Part shown: in pieces, positions 9,907 through 22,048 of the stretch
Numbering within the stretch: position 1 is the stretch's first letter
Layout: the number at the start of each line of letters is the position of its first letter
From: Heterodontus francisci
Lineage: Eukaryota
Length of the DNA: 64,000 nucleotides
Assembly: GCF_036365525.1 (NCBI RefSeq)
Contig: NC_090417.1
Span: 8,945,850-9,009,849 of the forward strand
Reading direction: 5' to 3'
Position numbers and translations under genes: made by a program
The notes under the pieces: generated by a model
What the model was told of the DNA's origin: nothing
The model's database searches: none
Seen by the model: the letters and a program-made list of their open reading frames with translations, nothing else

Positions 9907-12900
9907 CTGAGAACAAAGATTATTTTCCTTAATTACTCCATAATTCTAACAAAAAACCCATCACAATCTGAAAGTGCAAGCCAAAAGGGCCAGCTGCTTC
10001 AGCTTCTTTTTGTTGTTTCTAATTTACTTCCTTCCCTCCTCCCAGCAAAAATGCAATAAGAAAGGGATCAAACAAGAGGGACAAAGATTGCATCCCAGCC
10101 ACTTATACCTTTACCACTGATTGTGACAGAGACTCTCGCCCTACGGAAGCTCAAGATGAATAGCAGAAAGGATCGAACTTCTAAGCAAGTTTAAAAGTGA
10201 TTACATTGTTGATTTCATCAAAGAAGCACTGCAGGGTTCTGTAGATCAACAACTTTCACATGCTTCTGCATTCCTCAAACAGCGCTCTCAAATGGTGACG
10301 ATTCTGAAAGTGAATCTGTCCATTGGCTTCTCATCTGCCTTAAGAACTTTGGTAGCCATGGGTACTGAATGGCTCCTTTCACATACTGCATACCTGAAGT
10401 TCAAAAGAATACAGGACCTCGTGTCCAAAGCAATCCAAAAATAGAGCAAAAGGAAAAACCATATATGCTGGAAATAACAACATTTTAGAGGAAACAAAAC
10501 AGGAGAAAGGGGGAAGGGAATAAATGCACAGATGAAAAGAAATTGAATGACCTGTCAACTGCTTGGATGAAGAATGCAAGATCTTTACATGGCAGAGGTG
10601 ATGGTAACAGCACACTAAATGATGGATAAAAGACACCTGAAAGAGATATATGAGACAGAGTGTGCATACAGCTAAAGGGGGTAGAAAGGAAAGCATGAAA
10701 AATTAGCAATGCAGAGCAGGCTCCAGTGGTCCAGTCATCTGACAGACAAAAACATTATTGACACCAGGGGCACAGACCACCTGGCAATAATCTTTTGATC
10801 AGGGATTCCCCACTGCAAGTGCCAACCTGCTTACTCCTCTCCTTGCATATCCATATCTGCCAGCACATCCATCCCACAAATACAGAGGGCGTCCCTGTTT
10901 GAAGTTCCATGCAGAAACCAACGGGTGAGCAATAACATGCAATCCAATAAAGCAATCAAGATCAATCCAAAAAAATGCTTTCATTCGAAGTGAAGATATT
11001 TTGTCATAATTTCACCATGTATTATTTCAATATAGCTGAAATAATGTCGTCTGTAGAGCTACAAATTAAATGTTACAACAGTACAGCAACACTCTTGTTG
11101 CCAACTTCCAAATCTTGAAATATCAAAACTGTTTACCACGTTAACCGATGTATCTCACTTCGACGTCATATACTGGGCACAAGTTTGGGAATGGTTTTAC
11201 TCAACACTGTGCTCTAGATTTGTAAATGAAAACCAAAACTAATTTTGATAATTTGAATGTAACAGAAGATTTCCACCATGTGGTTAAACTATTGCAGGCT
11301 TTCTAGATTTGTGTGTTTTGAACTACCTGATTGTATCACTAAAATCATTGGAACAAAAGGTCTTCTGCACTGCATTGAAGGCTATTCAGGTTGATATCCT
11401 CCAGTATTCAATTAGTGTAGTGTGAATCACAGACTGTTCCTAATTTCAAAAGTGTAGCAAATGCCAAGAAGAAATAAATGTGCTCAATTCTTCACAGCGA
11501 CCTCAATTTGCCTCAAAAGGAAATCCATTTGAAAATCCATGCATTCAATGATTACAATTACATAGGTTCTCTAGTGTTGCTGAAAAGTTTATGGTGAAGG
11601 AACATGACTTTCAGAATTATGACAACTGAATCAGAAACCACTGAAACATTTCAAAGAGGACACACTTCTGATCTTGATGCTTCTCTGATATGAAAGAATT
11701 TGCTTTACTGTCGAACACCTAGGTGTCAAAATATTAGCTCCCCAAAGAACTGCACACTGTACATAACCTCTACTCCGAAAATCAATAGCACATAGGACAA
11801 ATCCACTGCTTAAAATTATTTGGATTTCAGCAAACCCCGCATGTCGATTTTCAATTGCAAAATTCTTCCTCCCTTCTGCCCAAACAGAAATTATGCTTCT
11901 GCAGCTTGACGCGGTGAGCATTTCCATTTCTCTCGCTATATGCAACTTAATAAAACAATGGCCCCCACCTTTGACGATTTTTGATTTGAATGATGGTGCA
12001 TTGCCACAGAAGTAAACATGCGGACACTCCTCTAAAACGAATGGGTCATTCATGTAGAATGGATAACATCCTAGGAACAATAAAAAGAAATTAAGACATG
12101 TTCCGATCGACAACACTGCGTCACCTTATCAGAACACTAAATTGCAACCGCAAGCACTTAGGCCATTATGTCCTGAGAAAGTACAGGTCTGAATGATATT
12201 ATGTCCTACCAAAGGGTAGACACCATCTCATTTTCAACACTGCCTTTCAGCATAACATTGGAGGAATATCCTTTACAGAATGCCCAAGGATAAGTTAGTA
12301 ACACTTATCTAGAATGCTAGAATGGTTATTGGGAAGTGTTATAATATTTGGGTGATATTTTGCTCTGTAAATTGTCATGCACACCAGAAGTGCAATTATA
12401 CAAATTATGGACTAACTCTGAAGAGTTAGGAAACTGACTGTCTTTTAAAAATGAAGTCTATTTTAAAATCTGAACAGTGCTCTAAAATAGCTGCCGAAGA
12501 AAAGGGATTGGCCTTTGTGTATTCAAAATGTCTGACAAAGACAAGGGACAAATCTGCAAAGCTGAGAGGGGTCAACTGCACCCCATCCTAAAACTTTCCA
12601 AAATTGAATGTCTTCTTCTGAAAAAAAAAGGTGCGAGGTAGCCACCACCTGGTCCACGGTACAATTGCCATGGGGGAAAAGATCAAAATGTCCCCGACCA
12701 GGAAATGGGACGTAACNNNNNNNNNNNNNNNNNNNNNNNNNNNNNNNNNNNNNNNNNNNNNNNNNNNNNNNNNNNNNNNNNNNNNNNNNNNNNNNNNNNN
12801 NNNNNNNNNNNNNNNNNNNNNNNNNNNNNNNNNNNNNNNNNNNNNNNNNNNNNNNNNNNNNNNNNNNNNNNNNNNNNNNNNNNNNNNNNNNNNNNNNNNN

Positions 12901-15900
12901 NNNNNNNNNNNNNNNNNNNNNNNNNNNNNNNNNNNNNNNNNNNNNNNNNNNNNNNNNNNNNNNNNNNNNNNNNNNNNNNNNNNNNNNNNNNNNNNNNNNN
13001 NNNNNNNNNNNNNNNNNNNNNNNNNNNNNNNNNNNNNNNNNNNNNNNNNNNNNNNNNNNNNNNNNNNNNNNNNNNNNNNNNNNNNNNNNNNNNNNNNNNN
13101 NNNNNNNNNNNNNNNNNNNNNNNNNNNNNNNNNNNNNNNNNNNNCCAGCACGCCAGAAGGCACGTGCCCTGGAGAAACCTACATCTACATTCGACAGCAA
13201 TGAACCAGAAATGACTCACCGTCTTCAACTGACTTTCAATCAAGACAGATGTCTACAATCATCTCAGGCCTGCACCCATTGAGACCTTGACTTCCAAGAG
13301 AATTCGACAGGCTTATCTTGACCTTCCACCCCACTTAAAAACATCACTTTCCCTTTTTATCTGTCTCGTGTGTGCATGTCGATGTGTGCGCAAATGCATT
13401 AGCAGATACAGTTGCGACAATTTCAGGATAAGGCAAAATGATCAATAAACAATTGATTTTCTGTTTGTTTTTTTTAAACGCTCCAAGAAAAGCAGTCACT
13501 GTGCATTTATTTGAAAAATACGACACCAATGGGTTAAACCCTGATAACAAAACACTTGCTGCGGTCAGGTGGGGAGTTGAACAGGAGGAACCACCCTTGA
13601 GGCACCACATTGCTGGAACAAAATACTTACCAAGGGTGTCAGGTGCAGTGGGACTCATGTGGCCAATACGTAAAGTCCACTCCAAGATCTCAAGGTAATC
13701 TTCCATACTGCTATAACAGAAAATGTCGTTCACGTTCTGTCCAGCTGTTCCCAGGAACCTAAACACAACCATTCCAAATTTAGCCTTTTACAGGTGGATT
13801 CATATGGCACATCAGCAGATTTTTTTCTGCTTCTATTTCTTGAATTGAGATTTTACTTGATATCCCATTAACAGGATAGAATAGCCATGTTTGACAGAAT
13901 CCCTACAGTATTTAATCTCAACCAACCCTATTGTCACACAGAATCTCCCCCTTTATCCATACCTGACTCCATCAATGTCTGCTTGATAAGGATTGGTGAC
14001 CAGTTGCATTGTGGGATAGGTAATAGCCCGAGGAAACATACAGCGGTGGAGTGGCTGCTGCGGCAAGGTGTAATTCGTCGGATCAAATTCTCCAGGCATG
14101 CAATCAACAGGGACTGAAGCCTGCAGCGAAACAAAAAAAAACTTTATTTCTGCTTTTCAGTAATTTAATTAACCTGCACACATCTGGGTAACATTAAGAG
14201 GCAGGTTTAACAAAGTGCTGCAAGGTCCATTATTCCCCACCAAATACCTTCAAAACAAATATTTACAGCAGCAAAAAACTATTAAGTGAGTGAAATACAT
14301 ACACTCAGCTGCACCAGGATCTCATCCAGCATTTTAATGGCTTCCACACTGGCTGCCTGCGTCTTCTTCGTTAGATATTTTGCCTGAAACACAGGGTTAC
14401 CAAGTTATCATGCCAATATCTGTCAGACAAGGAAATGTAAAAATACCTTACATCAGCTGTGATGATTGCATCTGCCAGGCTCATATTTTAATGTTGGCAA
14501 TGACATCATTCCAATAATTGACATGCAACACACAAATTGATAAAGAAATCAGCCCAAGCCGCAGCATTCCTCAAACACTGTCCAACCTAAAATCATTGGT
14601 CTCAGTAGTTCTTTTTTTAAGAGCAATTACAGTATTTAAGAAACAAATTTTTTCAAAATAGAGATATATTTAGGTGATATGATGCTCTGTGGAAAATTAC
14701 AATGAACCTACTACCAATCCTTCAAATTGAGAAGTGCTAAGGGGAAAAAATTACCACTTCAAACAAACTCTGCTATTTGGTATTTGAACCTGGGAAAATA
14801 CTCATTTTTTTCAATACTCAAAGCTCTGAGTTAAATTTGCCTGCTTCTGACCATTTGCCTTGCAAATTTTAAGGAGTGGATGGTCAACTTCCAAATTTGC
14901 TGGTTGGGAGATTTGCTTCATGCCATGTGTTCTTTTCCCATTGGAAGTACGGAGAACATGACCATTTGTTGAAACTCTGGCTGCTTACCTTGATGAAAGA
15001 GTCTTTGTTCTGCATATTCCGACTGAGAAGATTTCCTGCTAAAATCACACGGGAGATATTCGCAGCACTGCTCTGCTCGCCCTCATCTCCCAATTGACCT
15101 GTTACCATGTCGACTAGAAGCTGCATGCCAAGAAGACTGTCTGCATTCTTTCCACCCAGGCCAAGACCCGAGGCTAATAAAACATACCTTGAAACGGCAA
15201 ATAATGCACAATTAATGCTCAGAACTAGTCGCGACTCTAAACTGCAGGTTTGAAGATCGTGAAGCAAAGAAGTAAAAAAAAAATGATCAGACAATTTGTT
15301 CATTACGAAGTGTTTAAATTGGGAGGTGAGGCGTAAAGGAGGACAGTCACTCAAAGTTGTGGAAAAATGTGGAAGAACACTGAAGCAGACATCATACAAA
15401 GCTGATGAAAAGAGGATGAACTTCTGAAGGAAAATATGCTATTGAGAGATATGGTACAGATATACATTTGATATGAAAAGCTCGAAATGATGAACCTAAA
15501 GATCTTTTCTACTTGTACGTAAATACTTGCTTGGAATTTCTCATGCTGAATAAATAGAATTAGAGAACAATCGACATTTAGTGGTGCAGAATAACATACT
15601 TAATCAAATCAGACTGGCACCTGTCACTCAACTCGAGATATATAGTTGAAATTGATTAATTTGTTTTTCAAAAACAGTAATGCAAAAGTGTTCCCATCAC
15701 CTATCAGTACTGGGTCCTGCCATTTGCTGCTGTGGTGGAAGGTCAGCAGTACAAAGATCTTCTACTAAGAATTTTCCATCACCCTGCTCGGCTCCAAAGA
15801 ATGCAACAACTGCTCCTGGTAAACAAGCCACATGAACAAGTTAGATTCATAATTAGCCCTGCGATACTAACCGCATTATTGCTGACTGCAGTGGTAGACA

Positions 15901-18900
15901 CAAATGTGGAAGTGAGCAGAAAGGCATGGCACTATGCTTAATGGGAAATATAGCCAAGTAAGGAATAGTAGCTTTGCTGAGCTTCGATTTTAAGTGGCAG
16001 AAACCACAATGAGATAGTTAAAAGTAAAAGCTGAGTGCGTGAGATTGTGAAGATTAGCCGACACCGGTAATTGCAAAGACATCTGTTCTTTATGGCCTGA
16101 TTGTGTGACTCCCTGTGGTTTGGAACAAATGGACTCCTGTGAATCAAATGATGTCCATCCCTCTGTGAGTGATAAGGAGTGCTAGGCCCCTCTTATCTTC
16201 GTGAACTGCCACTACTTGATGTAGCTGCAGACTGCACGAAACACTCAGGAATGTACACCTAATAGAGATAGCAGGATGCGCCGCAATTACTTGTCACAAG
16301 GTAGAAACAGAACTCATGATCAATGTAGGGAGTGAGACCAGAATGTTTATCGATGATTCCTATGCTCTTGCTAATTAGCTTGCTTGTCCACTTTCTTTTA
16401 TCTTGCTGGTACAAAACAATATTTTATTAGTAACAAGTATGTATTGAGAATGGAGTGTATTGTTAACCTCAGTAACAGATGTACTGCATGTCACCACGTG
16501 GGTGAAGTCGAATTCTAACGCACTGATTGGTTAAACAAGGAGGTGTAGCATGAATCTTAATGTATAAACAGTAGTACCTGTATCACAAACTTCACTTACT
16601 CTCGTGGACCCAACAGACTCTGGTGGAGTCAGTGTCGTTGTATTAGAGTAAGTCAGCCGGCTAATAAAGTAATTGATTTTACCGACACATCCGACTCAGT
16701 ACATTTACTGAACCAGACTGAATGCAAAAAGAACTCAGATTTACACAAACATTATCACGAATATTTCAACAACTAAATAATCTCAAATGAACCACTGAAT
16801 GACAGGATGAAGACGACATGACAAAGGATTTCAAGTTCAAAAAATAAAGTTGGGAAGAGTGTTTAACAAAATTATTTTGAATAATGACAATCAAAAACCA
16901 TCAGTCCAAGCAGAACACCCACATCACAATAAACGCATCCAGATAACAGAAACAATGAAAACAAGAAATGCTGGAAATACTCAGCAGGTCTGGCAGCATC
17001 TGTGCAGAGAGAAACAGAGTTAACGTTTCAGGTCAGTGACCCTTCTTCAGAACCCACAGATCTGGTTTCAAAGCTATACCTACAATTTTTCCAACCTGCA
17101 AACTAAAGAAAAAATTCACATTATCTCCAATCTCCAACCCTTTTGCTGGTCCCAATTTACAGAATCTTTAGAGTGCCAAAACTTTGAGACACCTTCAAGT
17201 AAACAAGGCAACTTTCAGAGCACTAAACTGAATTTACAATGTTTTTCCCCTTTAATTGGCTGTGCTGCCACTTCAAATGCCTCCTACTGCCATCGGGGCA
17301 AGTGACCTCTTACCAGGTCTACATCAATATTGCTCTCCTGCCAACTACAAGAAAGCAACAAAGAGTAGTTCTCAATAACGGTGCACTCAACCTTCCCCAG
17401 GAAAAGGTACATACTCAAGGCTTTGCACCCCATCCAGAGAAAATCAATCCTATGTTCCTCCAACCTTAGATACCACATATCTAGATCTATCTCATTGCCA
17501 AACTCGATAATATATTAAACACTGACTGGTTATATGCAATCACATGAATGAGAAACAAGAGATTTGGGCTAAATGGAACTGTAGGTCCACACCTACACAT
17601 CACGATACCAGAACTGATCACAGCACCACAAAAAAAGAAACCTTTTTCTGAACAGATAGACATTTTTCAATGCTGCTTCCAACCGCACCTGTAACAAATT
17701 TCTGGACATCAATCTCTCCCTCCAATTTGATTCGTTGCAACTCATCCTCTAGAATCAGCTCATCTAGTTGGTCTGTGTACTTTGTACGTGCTGGTTGAGG
17801 TAACAGGTGGTGCTAAAAGAAAAACATAGTATTTAATATTTTTGGAGAAGCGATGAATCCTCCTAATTCAGTGTCACTGACCATTAACTTGTCACGCTAA
17901 GTACCAACAAGCAGAGCCCAGTAGTTCAATTCCTGCTCCAATCAGTTTTTAATTCAAAGCCACATGAAACAATGTATGTCTGGCATTTCCCAATGGTGAG
18001 AGAAAATCAGATGAAAGTCACACCTGAGTAGTCGGGTCCAAGGAGCATGAATGATTAGCTGTGAACACAACCTTCTAGCTGTAGAAGTCAGACAATGAAT
18101 AAAAAGGGGGTAATAGAAACAAAGGAAAACTTTACACCTGCACTTCAAGACAACGTACTACCTACGTGAAAAGCCGCTTGCCTCTGATGTTCCTTTCCCC
18201 AACTGAAATTAGCACAGTGTTTTGACCGGAAGTTGATTCGCACTAAAGTTATTATTTCTCAGCAGAAAAAGACTCGTACCTTATTCTAGGAATACTAAAA
18301 AAATTGATAAACCTCATCATGCATCTAACTAAGTCAAATCTAAATTTGCTAATCAGCAATAGCACTACATCAGCTATCTATATATTAACTGTCATTTCAG
18401 AATAGGACAGTATTGCCAGTAGTTCATATATCTGAGCATCACCACAGTGGTAATGACAATTCCATTCCCACACATTCCAGTCTTAGATCCTTGACTGTGG
18501 AAAGTAACATAGATGGTTTGGTGTTCCTTCCATGAAAAAAAAAGGAAGCATTTCCCTGGTCTTCTCTTGATGGCAACTAAAAGCGGCATAAGCAAAGATT
18601 CAGGCACATGGCCAAGGAGATTACAGAAAGCTCATGCTCAAGAAACTCAATACGATTTGCTCCCAAAGTCAGCCTCCTACCTCTTCACTGATTTCTCGCA
18701 GAATAGATGGTTTCAACTCCATGTGTTTAAAGAGGGTCCCAATCACACAACATTTCTCCCCCACCTGCAGCTCACACAGCTTCTTCAGTGGCACATCTGC
18801 TCCTGTAAGACATAACACAGGACATCAGTGCCTGGGAGACACCAGCTCTGCTTTTTTAAGATTCAGATTGTACTACTTTGAGGTTTCATTTCACTATACT

Positions 18901-20602
18901 CTTCACAGAACTCAAAAGATAGAAATGTTTCCATTCATTTTCAAGGAACATTGGCAAAAAAACAATGCAAAAAATAAAAAACTATCTGGAAAGGGTTCCC
19001 ACAACAGCTAACGATAGGTGCAGCCACTTCCAAAACATTAGCTAATTTTAAGCCAAGAATCAAAATCAGCAGATTCTATCTGTACCACTGTTCGACACTG
19101 TGGTTCATAAAGACAAAGACAGGTTCAAACAATGCAGAAGTCTTTATGGTCCTGTCCATGCCCTCTCCTGCCACTGCACTGCCCGTACCACTCCCCTAAC
19201 AGTACCCTGCCAGTATCCCACTAATCTCCCCCACACTACTCTGCCCGCATCTCTCAAACACACATCCACCTGCACACTAGCCTGCCGATACCCCCACCAA
19301 ACCCCCGCATGACCCTGCCTGCACCCCCACAGCACCGCTCTGCCGGGAATCCCTCAGCTCCCCCCCTCGCCATCCTGCCATTCCCCCCAAGCACACCACT
19401 CCCGCACTACTCTGCCTGCACCCCTCAAGCACACCCACTGCACCAGCACACCCATACCCCACTAACACAACTCCCAGATCCACTGCACGTGCCCAAGCAG
19501 TATGCAAAGCACCACCCTGCCCACACCCACCCCACACATATCTTCCCCTACCCTCTCTCAATCCCCCACACCATCCTGTCTGAATCCCCGTCATATCAAC
19601 ACACTGCCTGGCGCATACCGCCGTACCCCCTGACACCCTCCAAGCTCCCTCCCACCCTCCCCGTTCCCGCCTCAAATCCCTCATGCCCTGCCCCGCTTCC
19701 CCCCCTCGCCCTGCCCCGCTTCCCCCCCTCGACCTCACGCCCTGCCCCGCTTCCCCCCCTCGCCCTGCCCCGCTTCCCCCCCTCGCCCTGCCCCGCTTCC
19801 CCTCCCTCGCCCTGCCCCGCTTCCCCCCCTCGCCCTCACGCCCTGCCTCCCCCCCTCGCCCTCACGCCCTGCCCCGCTTTCCCCCCCTCGCCCTGCCCCG
19901 CTTCCCCTCCTCGCCCTGCCCCGCTTTCCCCCCTCGCCCTCACGCCCTGCCCCGCTTTCCCCCCTCGCCCTCACGCCCTGCCCCGCTTCCCCTCCTCGCC
20001 CTGCCCCGCTTCCCCTCCTCGCCCTGCCCCGCTTCCCCCCCTCGCCCTGCCCCGCTTCCCCCCCTCGCCCTGCCCCGCTTCCCCCCCTCGCCCTGCCCCG
20101 CTTCCCCCCCTCGCCCTGCCCCGCTTCCCCCCCTCGCCCTCACGCCCTGCCCCGCTTCCCCCCCTCGCCCTCACGCCCTGCCCCGCTTCCCCCCCTCGCC
20201 CTCACGCCCTGCCCCGCTTCCCCTCCTCGCCCTGCCCCACTTCCCCCCCTCGCCCTCACGCCCTGCCCCGCTTCCCCCCCTCGCCCTCACGCCCTGCCCC
20301 GCTTCCCCTCCTCGCTTCCCCCCTCCCGCCTCAAACCACCCCCCTCGCCCCCTCACATTTTCCCCCTCACACTCACCCCACTTCTTTCTGGCTCTCTCCG
20401 CGATGACAGGTCGCAGCTGCAGGAGGCGGCTGGCGTAGATGTGGGCGTACTGCCGGTTGAAGCTACGCTCGCCCAACGTGAAGCAGCCAGAGCAATTGGT
20501 GTAGGAGGAGGTGGAGACTCGGTCAAAGGTTGGGCCCGACTGGGCCGTGAGCGGGGCCGACAGAAGAGTCCGCTCTTTCTGGGCCGCCCACTCAGAAAAC
20601 AT
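9749..20602 (-). CDS. POLD2: POLD2, DNA polymerase delta subunit 2 (p50); 10 coding exons, 1413 nt, 470 aa
   Basis: Spliced translation is colinear with vertebrate POLD2 ([55 protein letters not shown]); GT-AG introns, consistent phases. Confidence 0.97.
11969..12070 (-). CDS. POLD2: POLD2 coding exon 9 (102 bp)
   Basis: [34 protein letters not shown]. Confidence 0.95.
12717..13144. other. Assembly gap (428 N) inside a POLD2 intron
   Basis: N run; flanking exons join in phase, so no coding exon is needed in the gap. Confidence 0.99.
13631..13758 (-). CDS. POLD2: POLD2 coding exon 8 (128 bp)
   Basis: [42 protein letters not shown]. Confidence 0.95.
13963..14120 (-). CDS. POLD2: POLD2 coding exon 7 (158 bp)
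   Basis: [53 protein letters not shown]. Confidence 0.95.
14303..14383 (-). CDS. POLD2: POLD2 coding exon 6 (81 bp)
   Basis: [27 protein letters not shown]. Confidence 0.95.
14989..15187 (-). CDS. POLD2: POLD2 coding exon 5 (199 bp)
   Basis: [44 protein letters not shown]. Confidence 0.95.
15701..15815 (-). CDS. POLD2: POLD2 coding exon 4 (115 bp)
   Basis: [38 protein letters not shown]. Confidence 0.92.
15905..16745 (+). mobile_element. Solo LTR (841 bp) with 4-bp TSD
   Basis: TGT...ACA ends; CAAA at 15901-15904 and 16746-16749; inverted CCAAT ~16526, TATAAA 16563-16568, AATAAA 16663-16668. Confidence 0.7.
16957..17055 (-). mobile_element. Short Penelope-derived repeat containing a minimal hammerhead ribozyme motif
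   Basis: Minus strand GGGTT-CTGAAGA-AGGGTCACTGACCT-GAAA-CGTT-AACTC followed by CAGATGCTGCCAGACCTGCTGAGTATTTCCAGCA. Confidence 0.65.
17689..17812 (-). CDS. POLD2: POLD2 coding exon 3 (124 bp)
   Basis: [42 protein letters not shown]. Confidence 0.95.
18681..18802 (-). CDS. POLD2: POLD2 coding exon 2 (122 bp)
   Basis: [40 protein letters not shown]. Confidence 0.95.
19685..20330. repeat. GC-rich minisatellite, ~23-bp unit GCCCTGCCCCGCTTCCCCCCCTC with optional GCCCTCAC insert
   Basis: More than 20 directly visible tandem units. Confidence 0.97.
20377..20602 (-). CDS. POLD2: POLD2 coding exon 1 (ATG at 20602; splice acceptor at 20611, so a non-coding exon lies upstream)
   Basis: [51 protein letters not shown]; donor G|gtgagt; polypyrimidine acceptor cttctgtctctccgctcctcag. 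Confidence 0.95.
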
Positions 20603-20699
20603 AGCACAGCTCTGAGGAGCGGAGAGACAGAAGAAGCTGGGCTGAGAAATAATTTCCCTCATAAATTCTCATCAGCTCACTTTATAAATGATATTCCCA

Positions 20700-20945
20700 G
20701 CGAGGCGCCGCACAGAACCGCTTTGAAAGGCTTCTGCTAACACAGGCCTCAGTCACACGCTGCAGTGTTTTCACTTTGGCGGCCGCTCCGCTGGGAGATT
20801 CCCGCCAAGCGGCGCGCGCTCTCACACGTCACCAACCGCCGCCTCAGCCTGGGGGGGGGGGGGGTGGGAAGACCATACGGCTGCCATCTTGTTGCGGGGC
20901 GCAAAATAGCAGCGATTCGTGGGCGGGGCAAATTTAAAGGTTGTC
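20700..20945 (-). promoter_or_regulatory. POLD2 CpG-island promoter and probable non-coding first exon
   Basis: CpG-dense; E2F-like TTTGGCGG 20775-20782 and TTCCCGCCAA 20799-20808; CRE/E-box-like CACGTCA 20825-20831; YY1 AAGATGGC (minus, 20883-20890); GC box GGGCGGGG 20921-20928. Confidence 0.7.
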
Positions 20946-21344
20946 CGTCTTGGGCAAAGGAATTGCTCCTCCGTTGTATACGTTTCTATTCCCTGACCTT
21001 TTTTCCCCCCAAAATCTCCCCGGCTGGAAACGACTCAATTTTCCAACTTTCATCTTTCCTTTCAAATGCCTCCAGGGGTTCGCCTCTTCCGAGGTTTCTG
21101 TCACCGTCTCCAGGCTGACATCGCTCGGAGATACCTGCGTTTCTCCAACTCTGACCTCGTGCGTCTTCCATTTCGTTGGTCCATCCACAGTTTCCAAGGG
21201 CTGAAGCTCTGGCATTCCCTCCCTAAACCTTTCCACCCTTTTCTCGCTCCAAAATCTGCAAGTTTGATGAATCTTGTGGTCATTTGTCAATTGGTGTCAA
21301 CCTTTGTTTTCTAACACCCTGTGAAGCATTTTGGAACATTTTTT

Positions 21345-21652
21345 TATTTAGAGAAACAGCACTGAAACAGGCCCTTCGGCCCACCGAGTCTGTGCCGACC
21401 AAGAACCACCCATTTATACTAACCCTACAGTAATCCCCTCAAATCCCCGACCACCTACTTACACTAGGGGCAATTTTACAATGGCCAATTTACCTATCAC
21501 CTGCAAGTCTTTGGTGGTGGGAGGAAACCGGAGCACCCGGCGAAAACCCACGCGGTCACAGGGAGAACTTGCAAACTCCGCACAGGCAGTACACAGAATT
21601 GAACCCGGGTCCCTGGAGCTGTGAGGCTGCGGTGCTAACCACTGCGCCACTG
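21345..21652 (-). mobile_element. HE1-like V-SINE
   Basis: Reverse complement of the 2273-2988 family. Confidence 0.85.
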
Positions 21653-21874
21653 TATTTTAATATGTTAAAAGCACGATATAAACGAAAACTTTATTATTGC
21701 TATCTCATGTCTTTGTTTCCTGATGCATTCAATTGAGTAAATGAAGAGTATGTGATCAAGGGGGAATTAAAACTACCCCTGAATACCCAGTGAATCTGGC
21801 TCTCCTCCACACCTTCTTATGTTCAGCATGACAGTGAAGTCGCATCCTCAGGATCTGTAAAAACAACCAGAAAT

Positions 21875-21956
21875 GAAAACAGTAAGTGCTGGAAATACTC
21901 AGCAGGTCTGGCAGCGTCTGTGGAGAGAAAAGCAGAGTTAATGTTTCAGGTCAGTG
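21875..21956 (-). mobile_element. Truncated copy of the Penelope-derived short repeat
   Basis: GCTGGAAATACTCAGCAGGTCTGGCAGC..GAGTTAATGTTTCAGGTCAGTG matches 16972-17038; ribozyme core cut off. Confidence 0.7.
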
Positions 21957-22048
21957 GGCTTATAATCAATATTAGTGGACAGCGATGGAGACAGACAGTC
22001 GTCCGAGAAGGACTTTTCTTCTCATCCAGTGAGTGTGGATTTAGGTAC

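Noticed and set aside
12523-13243. ORFs of 169-225 aa
   Set aside because: Artefacts of reading through the N gap
18259-18320. C-box ATGATGA and D-box CTGA on minus in a POLD2 intron (possible C/D snoRNA)
   Set aside because: No terminal stem and no recognisable rRNA or snRNA guide; likely chance
19277-20438. Long Pro-rich and Gly/Arg-rich ORFs (365, 251, 153 aa)
   Set aside because: They are translations of the stop-poor GC minisatellite inside a POLD2 intron
20934-21314. Overlapping ORFs upstream of POLD2 suggesting a divergent gene
   Set aside because: No recognisable homology or exon structure
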